From Squalus acanthias (taxonomy: Eukaryota): DNA of 64,000 bases. Under the pieces are notes generated by a model. It did not search any database and was not told where the DNA came from. It saw only the letters and a program-made list of their open reading frames with translations. Both the position numbers and the translations under genes were made by a program. Location: positions 95,172,001 to 95,236,000 of the forward strand of contig CM059431.1 of the NCBI GenBank assembly GCA_030390025.1. The letters are read 5' to 3'. Positions 58,873 to 64,000 of this stretch are shown here, one piece after another. Each line of letters begins with the position of its first letter. The stretch's first letter is position 1.

Positions 58873-61049
58873 CCCTTTGGTCACTTCTTCAGAAAATTCA
58901 ATCAGGTTCATCAGGCATGACCTACCCTTTACAAATCCATGCTGGATCTCTCTAATCAGCTGAAAATTTTCAAGGTGTTCACTCCATCTTTACTTATAGA
59001 CTCTAATAATTTCCCAACAACAGATGTTAGGCTAACTGATCCATAATTCCCTGGTTTTCCTCTCTCACCTTTCTTGAATAGCGGAGTGACATAGGCAATT
59101 TTCCAATATAAGGAATGTTTCCTGAATCGAGAGAACTGTGGAAGATCATAGTTAGGGCATCTGCAATGTTCTCAGTTACTTCCTTTAAAACCCTGGGATA
59201 AAAACCATCCGGTCCTGGGGATTTATTACTCTTTAGTGTCATTATTTTCTTCATTACTGTTAATTTGCTTATGTTAATTTTCGTGAGTCCCCGTCCCAGA
59301 TTCAATATCACTTTCCTTGGGATGTTTGGCATGTTATCCTCTTCCTCTACTATAAATACTGACGCAAAGTAATTATTTAACATTTCTGCCATTTCCTTAT
59401 TTTCATTTATAATATCACCGTTGTCACTTTTTAAGGGGCCCACATTGCTTTTAACCACCCTCTTTTTCCTCTTGTAATTGTAAAAGTTTTTTGTGTTGAT
59501 TTTGATATCCCTTGGAAGTTTTTGTTCAGACTCCCTTTTTGTAGCTCTTGCTATCTGTTTTCTTACCCTTTCCTGTTCCTCGTATCTCTCCCATTCTCCA
59601 GGATCTGTGCTAATTTTTGTGTTCTTGTATGCTTGTTCTTTTCGTTTTATGTTGTCCCTTCCTTCTTTAGTCATCCATGGCTGTTTTATTTTTGCAAGTT
59701 ATACCCTTAGGGGTATAAACTGGTTCTGTATCAATTAAATTATTTTTTAAACACCTCCCACTGATCTTCTGTTGTTTTACCCATTAACAGATTTGCCCAG
59801 TTTACTGTGGACAGTCTCCGTCTCATCTCGTTGAATTCAGCCTTACTTAAATCTAGAATCTTAGAAGCTGTTTTGCAATTCTCCCTTTCAAACACAACAT
59901 TGAACTCAATCATATTATGGTCACTATTAGATAAATTTTGTGCACCGTTAGGCTGTTAACTAAATCTGGTTCATTGCTCATTAATTCTAATATTACCTAC
60001 CCCTTTGTGGGTTCTAGGATATATTGTTGCAGAAAACTATCCTGAACACACTCAAGAAATTTGCTACCTTTCTAACATGAGCTCGTCTGCTTATCCCAAT
60101 CTATATGGAAGTTAAAATCCCTCCCATTAAAACCACTAATCCCTTTACTACACGCTTGTCTAATCTCTGCATTAATACATTCTGCCACTTCACAGCTGCT
60201 ACCATGGGGCCTATACACAACTCCCACTACAGTTTTAAATCCTTTCTATTTCTTAATTCTACCCGTAAAGTCTCCACTGCCTGCTTACCTCTCGTTATAT
60301 CATCTCTTATCATAGAAGTAATTTCATTCTTAATCACTAATGCTGCTCCTCCCCCTCTGCCATTTTCCTTATCCTTCCTGTAGACCTTATAACCTGGTAT
60401 ATTCCACTCCCAGTCCTGACCATCTTGTAGTCTCGTCTCAGTAATGGCTACCATGTCATACCCTCTACGTTGAATTTGCACCTGCAATTCATTCAATTTG
60501 TTCCTTATACTCTATGTATTTGTATGAAGAACGCTTATTTGGGCCACACACCCTAACCTGTCCTGCTCTTATGTTGTTTTACTCACACATTTCTTATTTC
60601 TCTCTCCTGATTTAATTACTTTACATCTTTTAGTTTTCCCTCTACCTGTAGTGCCTAAAGCACAATTTCTAACTATTACTCTACTCTCTTCCTTTTAATT
60701 TGTTTTAGAATTATTATTTATACTACCTTTTCCACCTGAGCCCTCCTGCAGTTCCCTGGCTCTGATGTGTCCCCTTTTTTGAAAATAGAAACTACATGAG
60801 CTAGATTCCAGTTGAAGGGAACTATCCCTGATTCTATTAAACTATTGAAGATATGGTCAAGGGGTTCACAGAGCACCTCTCCCATCTCCTTAATCACCCT
60901 TGGTTAGATATTATCTGGATTTGAAGCATTATCAATGTTGAGCTTTCCTAATTTATTCAAAATGACATTACTGTCTATTTTAGTATTAATAATGCTACTC
61001 TCCTGCCGCCTTCATAGGCTTGACACCCTCTTAGTTAAGCCTACAACTT

Positions 61050-62822
61050 CCCTCTGTGGCTCTCTTAGCATCCTCCGAAGGGCCCAGCCTCTGCACTGAG
61101 CGACTTCTCATTCTCGGTGATTTCAGCCTCCATCTCAAGTCATCATGCTCTCTCTCCTTTGAGTTCACTGCCCTCCTATGCGCCCTAAATCTCTCCCACC
61201 ATATTAACTCCCCAACCCATATTCACGGCCACCCCCACGACTTTGCCATCTCACGTGGCATCGCTACTCCCATCTTGTCAATCACAGATAAGGCCATCTC
61301 TGAACCTCCTTGTATCCCTCTCCACCCACATCCCCCTTCCCCCTTCCCCGTCCCAACCCCCTTCCTTCTGTGTCCACCCCTGGAAAAAACTCTCCCCCAA
61401 GTCACTTACAACTGTAGCTTCAAATTCCCGATTTTCTAGCCGTTGGCTAGACATCATGACATTTCTGCAACTGAATCACATCCTTACCTCTACTTTTGAT
61501 GCCCTTGTCCCCATTAAAACCATTAATCTCTCTCACCTTGGTCATTCCCCCTGGTATGGCTCTCATCTCCGCTCACTTAAGTCCAAGAGACGCAGATATG
61601 AATATCTATGGTGGACAAATGGTTCATCGCCTGATCTGGATGGACCATATAAAGCACTACTAGGACCTTCTCTCCTCTGCCAATACCGTTCATTATTCCA
61701 GGAACATCCTGGCATACAAAGATAACCCCAGCTTCTTTTCTCCACTACAAAACATCTTCTTAAACCCCTCTCCCCTGTCTCCTTCCACCCTCATCTCCAA
61801 CAACAAGTACATACAGCTCATTGACTTCTTTGTCACAAAGATTGAGACCATCCGTTCAGCTGCCTCTGCCGCTTCCCTCACTCCCCCTAGCCCATCAGGT
61901 CAAACAACAATAACAACAACAAACTTCCCCATAGGTTCGCCCCGCCGGAACTTTAGTTTCTCACCTATCTCCCCTCATGCCTTCTCCGAACTCATCTTGT
62001 CCATGAGACACACCTCCTGCTCCCTTGACCCTATTCCCACCAAACTGCTGACCACCCAACTTCCCTTCCTGGCCCCCATGTTAGCTGATTTTATTAACGG
62101 TTCCCTCTCATCAGGTACTGTCCCCCTCCCCTTCAAATTTGCCATCATCACCCCTCTCCAAAAAGAAACAACCCTTGACCCCTCTGTCCTTGCAACCTAC
62201 CGCCCCATCTCCAACCTCCCTTTCCTCTCCAAAGTCCTTGCACATGTTATTGCCTCCCAAATTTGTGCCCATCTTTCCCACAATTCCATGTTTGAATCAC
62301 TCCAATCGGCTTTCCGCTGGTGAAACAATACTAAAACAGCCCTTATCAAAGTCACAAATGACATCCTATGTGACTGTGGCTGTGGTAAACTATACCTCCT
62401 CATCTTTCTCAACCTGTCTGCAGCCTTTGAGATGATTGACCACACCATCCTCCTCCAACTCCTCTCCTCCGTCGTCCAGCTCAGTGGGACTGCCCTCGCC
62501 TGGTTCCATTCCTTTCTATCCAGTTGTAACCAGAAAAGCACCTGCAATGGCTTCGCTTCCCACTTTTGCATTGTTTCCTCTGGAGTGCCCCAAGGATCTA
62601 TCCTTGGCCCCCTCCTATTTCTCATCTACATGCTGCATTCAGTGACATCAACCGTAAACACAACATCAGGTTCCAAAGTAGGCTGAGGACAAGCAGCTCG
62701 ATCTCACCATCACCTCTCTCGATCCCTCCACTCTCTCTGATTTGTCACACTACTTGTCTGACATCCAGTACTGGATGAGCAGAAATTGCCTCTAGCTAAA
62801 TATTGGGAAGACAGAAGCCATT
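61050..62822 (+). mobile_element. L2 LINE fragment (EN end plus RT), cut off at the MITE
   Basis: LILGDFSLH, CSLDPIPTKLL, YRPISNLPFLSK, GVPQGSILGPLLF. Confidence 0.88.
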
Positions 62823-64000
62823 GGGCTGGATTTTGAATGACCCATGGAGTCGGGTTTGGAGGCGTGTGGGGGGTTAAATTTGCGGGGTTGGGGGTCCCGA
62901 CCCCATCCCGACTCCATCCCGCCTCCACGCAATTTTGACAAAATCAGTCGCAGGGTTCCCGACTCCGTCCCGCCTCCAAGAGGCGGGAGAGGCCATTAAA
63001 GCCCTTAACAAGCCCTAAATTGGCTCTGTAATGCCATTTTGAAACGTTTTAGCTAGTTTAAACCTTTTCCGATGTGAAGTACGCCTGATTTAAAACACTC
63101 AGTGAAACCTGGCGGCAGCACAAGTGGATAGCTGACTATCAGCTGCAGGTCCACTATTACAACGGAGATGTGATGAAGGTAGTAGTAGTATTAGGTGTGA
63201 AAGCCGCCTCTGATGCTGCTGCATTGAATGTCTTCAGAGACTGCGTGGCCTTTGCTGTGAGAGGACTTGGATGCAAAAAAATTCTCTCTCTCTCTCTCTC
63301 TCTCTCTCACACCAACAGCCAGACAGTCTCTGAGACCAGGCAGTCAGCAATGATGACATCATCAGAGGCGACTTTCAGACTGAAAGCACTAATTAGTTCA
63401 TGGGTTCCCACATGCTGGAACTCAATTGCCCAATTAAGTGAAAATTGCATCAGGTATCCACATTAATCTGGAGTTGGGGGGGAACACGAAATGCGGATGA
63501 CATGACCCCAACCCGACCCCAAGACAAAATCCAGCCCAGAGAGTCAGCACCCACCACATCAGCCAGCAATGTCTTCCAGAGGCTCACAATTCTCTGGGAA
63601 AAGAAGAACTGCTTGAGACGCAGTCTATTCCTACTCTTACATAGTTTTAACTCATGTTCTCTGATCCTCCCCAATCTGTTAAACTGAAATAATCTATCAA
63701 TAGGCGCACTATCCAGCCCTTTAATTCTTTTATAAACCACGATCAGGTTGCCTCTAAGTTTAAGTTGCTCTAAAGTAAATAGACCAATGTTTTTAAGTCT
63801 ATTTTAGTAGCTGAAGTTCTTTAAGCTCGGAATCATTCTCATAGCTCTCCTTTGGACCTTTTCCAAGGCGCTATAGCATCCACCACGTTAGATTTAGCTA
63901 CAGCTTCTCTACATTGGTCATGAACTTTCTGTGAGGTGCGCATAAAAAGACTAAGATCTTTTTTCTCTCTCAGCCTCTTATTTCCTGTAAATCATATGTG
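62823..64000 (+). repeat. Direct duplicate of 52171-~53349 (MITE 62823-63537 plus its right CR1 flank)
   Basis: Near-identical by eye with scattered substitutions and small indels; runs off the window end. Confidence 0.95.

Larger units (their letters stand above)
54042..60745 (-). mobile_element. CR1 with most of ORF2 (EN at 60227-60496 through the 3' tail), hosting nested elements
   Basis: YDMVAITET, NIPGYKVYRKD, KSPGPDGFYP, RT motifs and tail are collinear after removing inserts. Confidence 0.85.

Overview
Eukaryotic, vertebrate DNA (the repeat set of CR1/HER1-type LINEs, L2, Deu-domain SINEs, PIF/Harbinger and Penelope suggests a cartilaginous fish). The window is almost entirely nested transposable elements, and no host gene could be identified with confidence. 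Main content: (1) a shattered ancient provirus at ~0.7-17.8 kb (LTR end, tRNA-Ser-like PBS, gag with a PPxY motif, protease, integrase C-terminus, possible env), which can be rebuilt by removing later insertions; (2) one structurally complete Harbinger (spliced Myb/SANT gene plus DDE nuclease) and about ten derivatives or MITEs with 3-bp TSDs; (3) about 20 CR1 fragments, including an ORF1-only copy with TATA-bearing 76-bp 5' monomers; (4) two solo LTRs, plus Tx1, Penelope, Tigger and hAT insertions with readable TSDs; (5) a 39-bp minisatellite; (6) a recent duplication that starts exactly at a MITE TIR. The most striking observation is an ORF1-less, Zenon-like CR1-group LINE (39382-42630). It begins with a tRNA-Thr-like Pol III head and has no sense-strand TTTT terminator over 3.2 kb, which suggests a Pol III-transcribed, protein-coding retrotransposon. 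All calls were made by eye; family names rest on motif recognition, not database searches.
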